59,487 nt of DNA from Pseudomonadota bacterium. GTDB lineage: Bacteria; Myxococcota_A; UBA796; GCA-2862545. Below are positions 19,598-29,197 of this stretch, one piece after another. The stretch spans positions 1 to 59,487 of the forward strand of contig CANJMY010000010.1 of assembly GCA_947475315.1 (NCBI GenBank). The letters are read 5' to 3'. The notes under the pieces were generated by a model. The model worked only from the letters and a program-made list of their open reading frames with translations. It searched no databases and had not been told where the DNA came from. Numbering within the stretch: position 1 is the first letter of the stretch; each line of letters opens with the position of its first letter. A program made the translations under genes and the position numbers.

Positions 19598-19776
19598 GAA
19601 CAGCACCCGTGCCACGACGCGCAGGCGAGACCAGGACGCCCGCGTCGGCGAGGGTGGTCCCATTACCGGCCAATCCCAGGCCACGCAAGCCGCTCCCCGT
19701 CGACGATCCGGGGCCCGCGTGCTAGGCCGCCGCGCCCGTCCTATGCATGCACCAGGGTCGGCAACCCGGAGCCCCC

Positions 19777-20367
19777 ATGGGCGAACACTCCAGCAGCAAC
19801 CTTGGCAAGTACCAGTCCGGCAACCCGGTCGTTCAGGGCCTCCTGACCCGGTACCAGGACACCCTGGCGTCGCTGCTCGTGCCGCTGGCGCCCACCTCCG
19901 TGCTCGACGTGGGCGCGGGTGAGGGGATGACCGCGGCCAAGCTCCACACCCTGCCGCTCTCGTTCCGCTACAAGGGCATCGACCTGAGCCCCGGCGCGGT
20001 CGACGAGGCCCGTCGGCGCAACCCGGGCCTGGACTTCCAGCAGGGCAGCGTGTTCGAGCTCGGCGGCCAGACGGCCGACGTCGTCTTGTGCCTTGAGGTC
20101 ATCGAGCACCTCGAAGACCCGGCCAAGGCCATCGACGCGCTGGCCGACGCCGCGGAGCGCGCGATCATCGTCAGCGTCCCGTGGGAGCCTTGGTTTCGCC
20201 TCGGCAATCTGGCGCGCGGCAAGTACCTGGACCGCCTCGGGAACCACCCCGAGCACATCCAGCAGTTCAACCCGACGAGCATCGCGGCCCTGCTGTCCAC
20301 GCGCTTCACCCACGTTCGGGTCAAGACGTCCTTCCCGTGGGTGTTCGCGTGCGCGGACAAGCGCTGA
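19777..20367 (+). CDS. Class I SAM-dependent methyltransferase
   Basis: Motif I VLDVGAGEG and post-I/II motifs (VVLCLEVIEHLEDP). Confidence 0.75.
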   Translation: MGEHSSSNLGKYQSGNPVVQGLLTRYQDTLASLLVPLAPTSVLDVGAGEGMTAAKLHTLPLSFRYKGIDLSPGAVDEARRRNPGLDFQQGSVFELGGQTADVVLCLEVIEHLEDPAKAIDALADAAERAIIVSVPWEPWFRLGNLARGKYLDRLGNHPEHIQQFNPTSIAALLSTRFTHVRVKTSFPWVFACADKR

Positions 20368-21962
20368 TCCGACGGCTGGCGCCGGTCGCCCTGCTGTGGG
20401 CGCTGGTGTTGCTCTTCGCGTGCGCCACGCTGCCGCTGCCGTTCGGCCGCGACCAGGGCATCTACGCCTACACGGCGGACCGCTTCCTCCAGGGGGACGC
20501 GCTCTACCGCGACATCTACGTGTTCAAGCCGCCGTTGACGGTGTTCGTGCACGCGCTGGCCATCGCCTTGTTCGGCCGTTCGATGACCTCGATCCGCGAG
20601 CTGGACGTGCTGTGGACGCTGGCCACCGCCACCGCGATCTACGCGTTCGTGAAGCTCGCGTGGCGTGACTCGCGCGCGGTGATGGCGTCGTCGTGGGCGG
20701 CGATCGCGGCGGGCGTCAGCTTCGCTGTCTTCTACCACCACACCGACTACTGGAACTCCGCGCAGACCGACGGCTGGGCCAACCTGCCATCCGTGCTCGG
20801 CATGCTGCTGCTGTTCGTGGAGCAGGGCCGCCGTCGCACCGCGCGCTTCGCCGCCGGCTTCCTGATCGGCGTGGCGTTCCTGTTCAAGTACACGCTGGGC
20901 GGCCTGCTGCCGCTAGCGTTTGTGCTGCTCTTCCTGCTCCGCGGCCCGTCTGCGTTTCGCGACGCGGTCGCGCTGGTCTGGGGCTTCGTCGCCAGCATCG
21001 TCGCGCTCATCGTCGTCATGGCGCTCGACGGCGGCCTGATGCCGTTCCTGCACAGCCAGCTTGAGGTGCTGCTGCCCTACGCCGGCGCGCCCAAGGCGGG
21101 TCGTAATTGGGGAGGCGCCACCCACACCCTCTGGCTCATGCCGGACGGTCTGGTGGAGGCGGCGCTCGTGGGCCTCGCCCTCGCGGTGGTCACGCTGCTC
21201 GTGCGGGTGTTCGTGAGGGATCCGGAGCGTCGGCGCGAGTCGGTCGCCACGCTCGCGGTGGTGGGCTGGACGGCGAGCGCCGCGACGTCGGTGATCGTGC
21301 AGGGCCGCTTCTTCCCGTACCACTACCTGCCGCTGCACGCGCCGATGGCGCTGCTGGTCGCCTACTCGGCGTCGCGCGTGCTCGACTTCCTCCCGGCGCG
21401 GGTTCAGCCGTGGCTCGCGGCGCTGGCGCTGGCGGGGCTGGTCGGGGCGAGCGTGACGGACGACCCGTACCCCAACCGCCTGGCGCTGGTTCAGAAGCAG
21501 CTGTCGGACCCGACCGCGTTCGCCACCGGCTGGGAGAAGGGCGCGTACCGCAACCGCGACATGGCCCTGGTCGACGATCAGGCGATGGCCGACTGGCTCG
21601 ACGAGCACACGCTCCCGAACGAGCGCGTGTTCCTGTGGACGTACGATCCGATGATCTACTTCCTCGCCAACCGCCGCCTGGTGTCGCGCTTCCTCTACAC
21701 GTACCCGCTGGTGGTCACGTGGGGGCCTGACACCTACGATCAGGAGCTGCTCGAGGACCTCAAGGCCACGCCGCCCGCGGTGTTCGTCGTGGGCTCCCGC
21801 GACGCCACGCCGCCGGTCATGGGCCACAAGCTCGACAGCGTCGGCACGTTCGACAGGTCCGGCCCGCTCAAGGAGTGGGTGCTCGAGAACTACGAGGAAG
21901 TGACGACCGTGAACAACCGCTTCCACGTCTATGAACAGAAGCAGCCCGGAGTGGCCCCATGA
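20349..21962 (+). CDS. Multi-pass membrane protein, GT-C-fold glycosyltransferase-like (PMT_2/GT39-like)
   Basis: ~11 predicted TM helices and a large periplasmic C-terminal domain. Weak GT-C similarity. The GTG start overlaps the methyltransferase 3' end. Confidence 0.5.
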   Translation: MRGQALIRRLAPVALLWALVLLFACATLPLPFGRDQGIYAYTADRFLQGDALYRDIYVFKPPLTVFVHALAIALFGRSMTSIRELDVLWTLATATAIYAFVKLAWRDSRAVMASSWAAIAAGVSFAVFYHHTDYWNSAQTDGWANLPSVLGMLLLFVEQGRRRTARFAAGFLIGVAFLFKYTLGGLLPLAFVLLFLLRGPSAFRDAVALVWGFVASIVALIVVMALDGGLMPFLHSQLEVLLPYAGAPKAGRNWGGATHTLWLMPDGLVEAALVGLALAVVTLLVRVFVRDPERRRESVATLAVVGWTASAATSVIVQGRFFPYHYLPLHAPMALLVAYSASRVLDFLPARVQPWLAALALAGLVGASVTDDPYPNRLALVQKQLSDPTAFATGWEKGAYRNRDMALVDDQAMADWLDEHTLPNERVFLWTYDPMIYFLANRRLVSRFLYTYPLVVTWGPDTYDQELLEDLKATPPAVFVVGSRDATPPVMGHKLDSVGTFDRSGPLKEWVLENYEEVTTVNNRFHVYEQKQPGVAP

Positions 21963-22897
21963 TCCGCTTCAGCGTCGTGATCCCCGCCTACAATGAGGTG
22001 GGGACGGTGCAAGAGCTCTACGACCGCGTGGTCGCCGTGCTCACCAAGATGAACGAGCCCTGGGAGATCGTGTACGTCGACGACGGCTCCCACGACGGCA
22101 CCAGCGAGGCGCTCGACAAGCTCGCCGCGTCGGACGACCGCATCGTGGTCATCCACCAGCCGGGCAACTTCGGCAAGTCGGCGGCGTACACTGCGGCCTT
22201 CCGACGCCTTCGCGGCGAGATCGTCTTCACGCTCGACGCCGACCTGCAGGACGAGCCGGGCGAGATGCCCAACCTGCTGGCCGCCATCCAGGGCGGGAGC
22301 GATCTGGTGATCGGCTGGAAGCGCGGCCGCATGCAGAACGAGCCGCTCAAGCGCATCCCGTCGGGCGTGTTCAACGCCATGATGACGCGCAGCTTCGGCC
22401 TGAAGCTGACCGACTCCAATTCGGGCATCCGCGGCATGACGCGCGCGGTGGTCGACACCTTGGTGCTCTACGGTGATCTGTACCGCTTCATCCCGCAGCT
22501 CGCGCACACGGCGGGCTTTCGCGTGACGGAGATCCCGGTCGAGCACCACGCGCGCAAGCACGGCGTCTCCAAGTACGGCGCCAAGCGCTTCTGGACCGGC
22601 GCGCTGGACCTGCTGACGGTGCGCTTCCTGACCCGCTACCGCGAGCGCCCGCTGCACTTCTTCGCCACCGCCGGCCTGGGCCCGCTGGTGCTCGGCACGC
22701 TCATCGAGCTGCTGGTGCTGGCGGCCAAGCTCGCGGGCCACACCTTCCAGGAGCACGTGGCCGCGATCATCGTCGGTGTGCTGCTGATCCTGCTCGGCTT
22801 CCAGGCGATCGCCGTGGGCTTGATCGCGGAGCTGATCAGCGGTCAGCTTCAGCACATACGTCACGAGCGAGATCGATCGGAAAGTCGTCCACGGTAG
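21959..22897 (+). CDS. Polyprenyl-phosphate sugar synthase, GT2 (DPM1/GtrB/ArnC-like)
   Basis: FSVVIPAYNE, VDDGSHDGT and DADLQDEP (the DxD motif), plus two C-terminal TM helices as in GtrB. Confidence 0.85.
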   Translation: MIRFSVVIPAYNEVGTVQELYDRVVAVLTKMNEPWEIVYVDDGSHDGTSEALDKLAASDDRIVVIHQPGNFGKSAAYTAAFRRLRGEIVFTLDADLQDEPGEMPNLLAAIQGGSDLVIGWKRGRMQNEPLKRIPSGVFNAMMTRSFGLKLTDSNSGIRGMTRAVVDTLVLYGDLYRFIPQLAHTAGFRVTEIPVEHHARKHGVSKYGAKRFWTGALDLLTVRFLTRYRERPLHFFATAGLGPLVLGTLIELLVLAAKLAGHTFQEHVAAIIVGVLLILLGFQAIAVGLIAELISGQLQHIRHERDRSESRPR

Positions 22898-24518
22898 GGG
22901 GGTGCTCGACGGCAGCGATGGTCTTCGCGCACGCGTTGCGCGCCGCCTGGCCCCACTTCGCGATCGGCATCGGGCGCAGCACCAGGCTGTCGCCCGGGTG
23001 GTCGTACACCGTCTGCGTGCCGTAGATCAGCACGTCGCGGCCCATGAAGCCGAGGATGGGTGAGTCGAACAGGCGCTCGCGGTCCATGGGGATCCACGCG
23101 CCCGGGTTGTCTCGCAGCGCGATGCACAGGTCTTCCAGGTTGCGCAGCACCGGCCAGCCGATCCAGTAGTCGGACAGCTCGCCGTGCTCGTTCTTGCGGG
23201 TGTAGCGGTCGCGGCGCCAGGTGGGGCCAGCGATGAACGCCACCTCGGTCTGGTCCTTGAGCATCAGCCCGAACACCGGGGGGATCACGGCGTAGACGGG
23301 CTCGCCGGGCATGCGGTGCGCCTCGACGTAGTCGAGCGACGGGCGGAAGTCCTCGTCGACCAGCGGGTCGTACAGCCGGTAGAACGCGCCCCAGATCAGC
23401 ATGCCGAGCACGACTGAGCCGACCAGCTGCGTGCCGATCCGGATCCAGCGGCCGGCGCCCACCGACGCGTCGAGCGCGTAGGCGAGCATGGCGATCGCGA
23501 AGGGCTGCATCGGCAGCAGGTAGCGGGGCTGCTGATCGGAGAGGAGGAACGCCACGGTGAGCAGCGGCATGGCGTACAGCGCGATCAGCGCGCCCAGGTC
23601 GGCGTCCACGCGGCGCTCGCGGCGGATGTGGAGCAGCCAGGAGATCAGCAGCCCGACCGCCACCGTCAGGAACAGGGGCGGCACCACCAGCATCCCGGGC
23701 AGGTCGCCATACAGCTTGATCAGGCCGTCCAGGCGCGGCGCGATCAGCCGGCGGTAGTTGATCAGGTGGTTACCGACGAACGCGGGCACCTCGGTGCTCT
23801 TGCTGCTCGACACGCCGAACCACGTGTTCACCGCCAGGAACAGCGCGGGGCCGCCCAGCGAACCAGCCAGACCGAGCGTGGGCACCAGGCCCTCATGGAA
23901 GACACGCTTGCGGTACACGGCGAGCGTCAGCACCACCATGCCGGGCCACAGCATCAGCCCGCCGAGGTGCGTGAAGGTGACCAGCGCGAACGTGAAGATA
24001 AGCCCGATCGCGGCGAACTTGTCCTGCTTCACGAGCGCGCGGTGGAAGAGCACCGCGAGCGCGATGCACATCGTCTCCAGCAGGCCGTACGGGCGGATGT
24101 TCGCGCCCCACTGCAAGGTCAGCGGATCGACGGCGAGCATGAACGCGGCGAGCGTGGCGGCCGACGTGCGGCCGGTCAGGTCGCGCACGAACTGAAAGAG
24201 AAGGGGGATGCCAAACGTGCTGGCGACCACCGTGACCAAGCGCAGCACGGACAGGTCCCACGCGTCGTCCCAGCCCAGGATGGCGAGCGGCGCCATCAGG
24301 TAGGACATGGTGCAGCCCTGCAGGTAGAGCACGCCGGACGTGAACACGGGGAACCCGGTCGCGACCACGCGCAGCGACGCGAGCTGGCTCGCCGCCTCGT
24401 CGGTGTGCGGGGACAGGTGCAGCGCCGCGTAGAGCCTAAGCCCAAACGCGAGCGCCATCAGCCCCAGGACGACGAGGGTCGGCCGGGGCTCAGGACCCCT
24501 TGGTGCCGATTCCCGCAT
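22836..24518 (-). CDS. ArnT/PMT-family GT-C glycosyltransferase (polyprenyl-P-sugar dependent)
   Basis: DE motif in the first periplasmic loop (PHTDEAAS), ~12 TM helices, and a C-terminal periplasmic domain. Its 3' end overlaps the GT2 3' end by ~62 bp. Confidence 0.7.
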   Translation of the reverse strand: MRESAPRGPEPRPTLVVLGLMALAFGLRLYAALHLSPHTDEAASQLASLRVVATGFPVFTSGVLYLQGCTMSYLMAPLAILGWDDAWDLSVLRLVTVVASTFGIPLLFQFVRDLTGRTSAATLAAFMLAVDPLTLQWGANIRPYGLLETMCIALAVLFHRALVKQDKFAAIGLIFTFALVTFTHLGGLMLWPGMVVLTLAVYRKRVFHEGLVPTLGLAGSLGGPALFLAVNTWFGVSSSKSTEVPAFVGNHLINYRRLIAPRLDGLIKLYGDLPGMLVVPPLFLTVAVGLLISWLLHIRRERRVDADLGALIALYAMPLLTVAFLLSDQQPRYLLPMQPFAIAMLAYALDASVGAGRWIRIGTQLVGSVVLGMLIWGAFYRLYDPLVDEDFRPSLDYVEAHRMPGEPVYAVIPPVFGLMLKDQTEVAFIAGPTWRRDRYTRKNEHGELSDYWIGWPVLRNLEDLCIALRDNPGAWIPMDRERLFDSPILGFMGRDVLIYGTQTVYDHPGDSLVLRPMPIAKWGQAARNACAKTIAAVEHPPTVDDFPIDLARDVCAEADR

Positions 24519-25800
24519 AGACGAACCCCTGGCCACGCAAGCCGTAACCGGACCAGATGTTGCGGCAGTCGAACAGGATCGGCGTGTGCATCAGCCCGCG
24601 CACGCGATCGAAGTCCGGGTTCTGGTACTCACGCCATTCGGTCATGAGCACCAGCGCGTCGGCGGCTTGGACCGCCGTGTAGGCGTCCTCCACCACGTTG
24701 ACCTTGTCGCCGAAGTGCGCGCGCACGGCGTCGCGGGCCTCGGGGTCGTGCGCGGCGACGATGGCGCCATCGCTGACCAGTGCGTCGATCAGCGTGATGG
24801 CGGCGGACTCGCGCAGGTCGTCGGTGCGGGGCTTGAACGTGCAGCCCCAGATCGCCACGCGCTTGCCGCGCACGTCACCGCCCAGCATGGCGCGGAGCTT
24901 GCGGTAAATCAGGCTGCGCTGGCGGCTGTTCACGCGGTCGGTCGCCGCGGCGAGCTCGATCTCCAGGCCGTGCTGACGGCCGGTGTGGACCAGCGCGGAC
25001 ACGTCCTTGGGGAAGCAGCTGCCGCCGTAGCCGGGGCCCGCGTACAGGAACTTGGTGCCGATGCGGCTGTCGCTGCCGACCGCCTCGCGCACGCGGTGGA
25101 TGTCCGCGCCGACCACGTCGCACATCGCGGCGACCTCGTTCATGAACGAGATGCGCATCGCGAGCATGGTGTTGGCGACGTACTTCGTGAGCTCGGCGCT
25201 GGGCGGGTCCATCCAGATGATGCGGTTCCGGTCCAGACAGAGCGGGTGGTAGAGCCGCGCCATCAGGTCGACCGCGAAGCTGTCCTCCTCGTCGCAGCCG
25301 ATCACGATGCGATCGGGGCGCAGGAAGTCGGCCACGGCGTCGCCCTGCTTGAGGAACTCAGGGTTGGACACCACGTGGATCGGGTGCGCGCTGCCCTCGA
25401 CGATGCGGCGGATGCGCTCGTTGGTGCCGACCGGCACGGTGCTCTTGAGCACCAGGATCAGCTCGCGGCCCACGGCCTTGGCCACCCAGGTGGCGACCGT
25501 GTCCACCTGCGTCAGATCGGCGCCGCCGTCCTTGCGGGTGGGGGTGCCGACGCAGATGAACACAAGCTGCGCCGCCGCGATCTCTTCGTCCGACGGGAGC
25601 GCGAACGACAGGCGCCCGGCCTCGACGTTGCGCGCGACGAGATCGTCGAGGCCCGGCTCAAAGATGGGGATCTCGTTGCGACGGAGGGCGTCGATCTTGG
25701 CTTGGTCGAGGTCGAGACAGACCACCCGGTTGCCCATCTCGGCGAACCCGGCACCCGTGACCAGTCCGACGTACCCTGTGCCAACGACGCAGACGCGCAT
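24490..25800 (-). CDS. ugd: UDP-glucose 6-dehydrogenase
   Basis: NAD-binding VVGTGYVGLVTG, the catalytic Cys region GGSCFPKD, and full UDPG_MGDP_dh domain order. Confidence 0.9.
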   Translation of the reverse strand: MRVCVVGTGYVGLVTGAGFAEMGNRVVCLDLDQAKIDALRRNEIPIFEPGLDDLVARNVEAGRLSFALPSDEEIAAAQLVFICVGTPTRKDGGADLTQVDTVATWVAKAVGRELILVLKSTVPVGTNERIRRIVEGSAHPIHVVSNPEFLKQGDAVADFLRPDRIVIGCDEEDSFAVDLMARLYHPLCLDRNRIIWMDPPSAELTKYVANTMLAMRISFMNEVAAMCDVVGADIHRVREAVGSDSRIGTKFLYAGPGYGGSCFPKDVSALVHTGRQHGLEIELAAATDRVNSRQRSLIYRKLRAMLGGDVRGKRVAIWGCTFKPRTDDLRESAAITLIDALVSDGAIVAAHDPEARDAVRAHFGDKVNVVEDAYTAVQAADALVLMTEWREYQNPDFDRVRGLMHTPILFDCRNIWSGYGLRGQGFVYAGIGTKGS

Positions 25801-25942
25801 GCGACTCTCTCGGTCGCGGCGCGTCTAACGCAGGTCTGCCGACTTCGCCCGTACCCGCGCGCGCCCCAGGAGCGCCCGCACGAATACGGTATCGCGCAGG
25901 GGGGGCTGTCGCGGACGGCGGTCTTGTTGTAGCATCACCTCC

Positions 25943-26920
25943 GTGAAATTTCGTACGTTCGGCGCTGCATTGCTGTTCACCCTGCCCGCGACCGCGTGCG
26001 GCGGTCCGGCGGCGCCGTCGGTCACCTGGCACCCTGTCTACATGAACGGTACCGGCCGCTACCCCTATGCGTGCGGCGGCGCGGACTCCGAGGTCTCCGG
26101 GTGCTTCGTGCGCGTGGAGCAGGGGACCTTTCGGATGGGCGCGCAGGCGACCGACCCCTCCGCGCCCGGCTACGACGCCGCCGCCAAGCCTGACGAGGCG
26201 CCCACGCGATCGGTGGGCGTCCCCGCGTTCTGGGTCCAGCGCGAGGAGGTGAGCGCGGGCGCGTTCCAGGCCTGCGTCGACAAGGGCGGCTGCTCGTCAG
26301 ACCACGTCCTGCTCGACGCGCCGGCCGCCACCTTCCACGGACCGGATCCGCTCTGGCACCCGGCGAACGCGGTGAGTTGGGAGGGGGCTCGCCAGTACTG
26401 CGCGTGGATCGGCGCGCGCCTGCCCACCGAGGCCGAGTGGGAGTACGCCGCGCGCGGGACGGACGGGCGGCGCTGGCCGTGGGGGAGTGATCCAGGCTGC
26501 GGGCCCTACCCCAAGGACGCCGGCGCGCTCCGCCACGACAAGGAGACCACGTCGATGGGCCAGACCGGCGCCACGCTCACCTGCGTGCACCGCGAGCCCA
26601 ACCACTACGCGGACCACGGACCGGCGAGCGCGTTCGGGCTGGCCTTCATGGGCGGCAACGTCTGGGAGTGGGTGGCCGACTGGCACGCGCCCTACGACCC
26701 GCAGGCGCTGGACAACCCCAAGGGCCCGAGCACCGGCACCGAGAAGGTGCAGCGCGGCGGCGGGTGGACCAGCGAGGATCCGAACGAGCTGCGCGCCGCG
26801 GGCCGCGCCTCGGTCCCGCCCGAACAGAAGTTTGATGACGTGGGCTTCCGCTGCGCGATCGACGACGCGGGGCGTCTGATGGTCCGCGGCGGCGGCGGCC
26901 CGACGGAGCCTGCGCCGTGA
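25943..26920 (+). CDS. Formylglycine-generating-enzyme family (SUMF1/FGE-sulfatase domain) lipoprotein
   Basis: Lipobox TACGG. Both halves of the FGE domain are present: RLPTEAEWEYAARG and GNVWEWVADW...RGGGW. GTG start. Confidence 0.75.
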   Translation: MKFRTFGAALLFTLPATACGGPAAPSVTWHPVYMNGTGRYPYACGGADSEVSGCFVRVEQGTFRMGAQATDPSAPGYDAAAKPDEAPTRSVGVPAFWVQREEVSAGAFQACVDKGGCSSDHVLLDAPAATFHGPDPLWHPANAVSWEGARQYCAWIGARLPTEAEWEYAARGTDGRRWPWGSDPGCGPYPKDAGALRHDKETTSMGQTGATLTCVHREPNHYADHGPASAFGLAFMGGNVWEWVADWHAPYDPQALDNPKGPSTGTEKVQRGGGWTSEDPNELRAAGRASVPPEQKFDDVGFRCAIDDAGRLMVRGGGGPTEPAP

Positions 26921-28329
26921 TCGGCGCGCTGCTCTGGCTCTCGGTCGCGCTGGGCGGCGATGTGCTCGGCTGGCGGCGTGACGGCACCGGGGTGTTCCCG
27001 GACGCCGCCCCGCCGACCCACTGGTCGACCACCGACTCGGTCGCCTGGAAGGTGGCGATGCCCGCCCGCTCCAACGCGAGCCCGATCGTGGTCGGTGGCA
27101 CCGTGCTGGTCACAGCCGAGCCGACCACCTTGATCGCGGTGCGGGCGAGCGACGGCGCCGTGCTCTGGCGTCGTGATCACGGCGTCGAGATCACCCGAAA
27201 GACCCAGGCCGAGCGCGACCTCGCCAAGCGGGAGATGGCCGAGATCCCGACCCTTCGGGTGGCGGTGCGCGACGGGCAGCGCGCGGTGAGCGAGCTGCGC
27301 CGTGCCGCGCGCGCCGGGGGTTCCACCGCAGATCTGCTCGCCCGCATCGACGTCGCCACCAAGGACCTGTACGCCAAGCAGGGGAGGCTGGACACGCTGG
27401 AGACCCGCTACCCCACGCCGCCGGACGAGCAGAGCAGCGAGTATGCGTCCGGCTTCGTCGGGTTCTCGTCGAGCACGCCGGTGAGCGACGGGCGCCGGGT
27501 CTACGTCGTCTTCGCGAACGGCGTGGTCGCCGCGCGGGAGCTCGACGGCTCGCTGGCGTGGGCCACCTGGGTGGGTGCCCCCGCCACGTCGATGCGCGGC
27601 TACCACGAGGGCCACGCGGCCTCGCCGGTGATCGCGGGCGGCGTGTTGGTGGTCGGGATGGGGTCCCTTATCGGCCTCGATCTGGCGACGGGTGTCGTCC
27701 GCTGGCGGGGCGCCTCCTACGAGGACTTCGGCACGCCCGCCGTGGTGCATGTCGGCGCAGAAGCCATGGTGGTCACGCCGGGCGGCGACGTGGTCCGCGG
27801 TCGCGACGGGGCCAAGGTCGGCTCGCTGGGCCGCACGCTCTGGTACACTGGGCCCGTTCCGCACCCAGGCGGGGTCTGGCTTGTCGGCAACCACACCAGC
27901 GACACGGCGTCGGGGTCCGACTACACGCTCGGCGCCACCGGCAGCGCGGTCAGCACGTCGACGCGCTGGACGGCCACGCTCCCGACGGATCGCTACTACG
28001 GGGCGCCGGCGCCCTGGGGCGGGCTGCTCAACATGGTCAGCCGACACGGCCAGGTGTTGGCGCTGGGGGCCGCGGGCGGCGCCGTCTCCTTCCGCGAGAC
28101 GTTTGACCTTGGCGCCGTGGGCGAGATCTACTCGAGCCCGTGTGTCGCGGGGGACCTGCTGTTCATCACGTCGGACGCGGGGAACACGCTGGTGCTGCGG
28201 ATCACCGCGCAGGGCTACCAGCGGGTCGGCGTGAACCCGCTGGAGGAGATGCGCAGCAGCTTGGTGTTCTCAGGCCGCGACATCTATGCGCGCGGCATGA
28301 AGTACCTGTGGAAGCTGCACGGCGGCTGA
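26917..28329 (+). CDS. PQQ-like beta-propeller repeat protein (BamB-like) with an inserted coiled-coil segment
   Basis: Repeated W-containing blades (AVLWRRDHG, LAWATWVG, VVRWRG). Start overlaps the upstream stop. Confidence 0.65.
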   Translation: MIGALLWLSVALGGDVLGWRRDGTGVFPDAAPPTHWSTTDSVAWKVAMPARSNASPIVVGGTVLVTAEPTTLIAVRASDGAVLWRRDHGVEITRKTQAERDLAKREMAEIPTLRVAVRDGQRAVSELRRAARAGGSTADLLARIDVATKDLYAKQGRLDTLETRYPTPPDEQSSEYASGFVGFSSSTPVSDGRRVYVVFANGVVAARELDGSLAWATWVGAPATSMRGYHEGHAASPVIAGGVLVVGMGSLIGLDLATGVVRWRGASYEDFGTPAVVHVGAEAMVVTPGGDVVRGRDGAKVGSLGRTLWYTGPVPHPGGVWLVGNHTSDTASGSDYTLGATGSAVSTSTRWTATLPTDRYYGAPAPWGGLLNMVSRHGQVLALGAAGGAVSFRETFDLGAVGEIYSSPCVAGDLLFITSDAGNTLVLRITAQGYQRVGVNPLEEMRSSLVFSGRDIYARGMKYLWKLHGG

Positions 28330-28343
28330 GGCCGGGGCGCACC

Positions 28344-29183
28344 TTAGGGGTGCGTGTAGCCGGCCACGTCGAGCGAGGTGGTGGTGGCGACCTTGTAGGC
28401 GCCGCGCTCCCAGAACAGAACGCCGTTGAGGCTGGAGAAGCTGTCGGTGTTGCCCAGGCCCGGGTAGTCCGCGAGCACGTCGTAGAAGCGCGGCGTCATC
28501 AGGACTTCGTCGCTCCCGCCCACGGTCGTGACCTTGACCTCGCCGTAGCCGTTGCGGTTGCTGACCACGTTGAGCGGGCCGTCCACGTGGACGCGCATGC
28601 TCTCGTAGGTCTCGGCGACGGACGGGTCGAGGATGTCGGCGAGGGTCAGCGTGACCGGCTCGGGCAGCGCGGCGGCGCCCGTCACGTTGAAGTACGAGCT
28701 GGTGTCGATCGGGTCGATCACGATGGTGGAGAGCGCGTCCACGCTCGTGCCGCCGACCGGATCCTCGACGTAGACGCCGACGAAGTCGAGCAGGTCGCCG
28801 ATCTCCGGCATGTCCTGGGTGTTGTCCAGGTCAAGGTAGAGGCCGGCGTTGTCGGTGTAGGCGGGGTCCTGCACGATCACGCCGTTGCTCGCGGGCGGGG
28901 TGACTCGGTAGCGAACCGCGGTGACGACCAGGTCGTGGAAGTGCAGGTACGAGTTGAGCGTGTAGATGCCGGCGTGTACGAACGGCACCTTCGCGTACTC
29001 GAGCTGCACGTCGGTGTCGGTCGTGTCGGTGTCGGCGACTTCGGTGTCGGCGACGTCGGTGTCGGCGGCGACGTCCGTGTCGTCGAGGTTGTTCCCAGTG
29101 GCGTCGGTGTCTTCGTTGCCGGTGCCCTTGGCGTCACAAGCGGTGAGGGCGAGAGCAGCGAGCAGGAAAGCAGAGGGACGCAT
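28344..29183 (-). CDS. Lipoprotein with an N-terminal DTDV acidic tandem repeat; hypothetical
   Basis: Lipobox LALTAC followed by DTDVAADTDVADTEVADTDTTDTDV; the rest has no recognisable family. Confidence 0.55.
   Translation of the reverse strand: MRPSAFLLAALALTACDAKGTGNEDTDATGNNLDDTDVAADTDVADTEVADTDTTDTDVQLEYAKVPFVHAGIYTLNSYLHFHDLVVTAVRYRVTPPASNGVIVQDPAYTDNAGLYLDLDNTQDMPEIGDLLDFVGVYVEDPVGGTSVDALSTIVIDPIDTSSYFNVTGAAALPEPVTLTLADILDPSVAETYESMRVHVDGPLNVVSNRNGYGEVKVTTVGGSDEVLMTPRFYDVLADYPGLGNTDSFSSLNGVLFWERGAYKVATTTSLDVAGYTHP
29009..29084. repeat. DNA-level tandem repeat (period ~15 nt: gtcggtgtcggcgac) encoding the DTDV units
   Basis: gtcggtgtcggtcgtgtcggtgtcggcgacttcggtgtcggcgacgtcggtgtcggcggcgacgtc. 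Confidence 0.5.
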
Positions 29184-29197
29184 AGGAGTCTCCAGGT

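Noticed and set aside
17472-19688. 738-aa minus-strand ORF spanning rlmN and the MprF-like gene
   Set aside because: It runs antisense to rlmN (radical SAM motif intact) and out of frame with the flippase-domain gene. Its composition is dominated by R/G/A.
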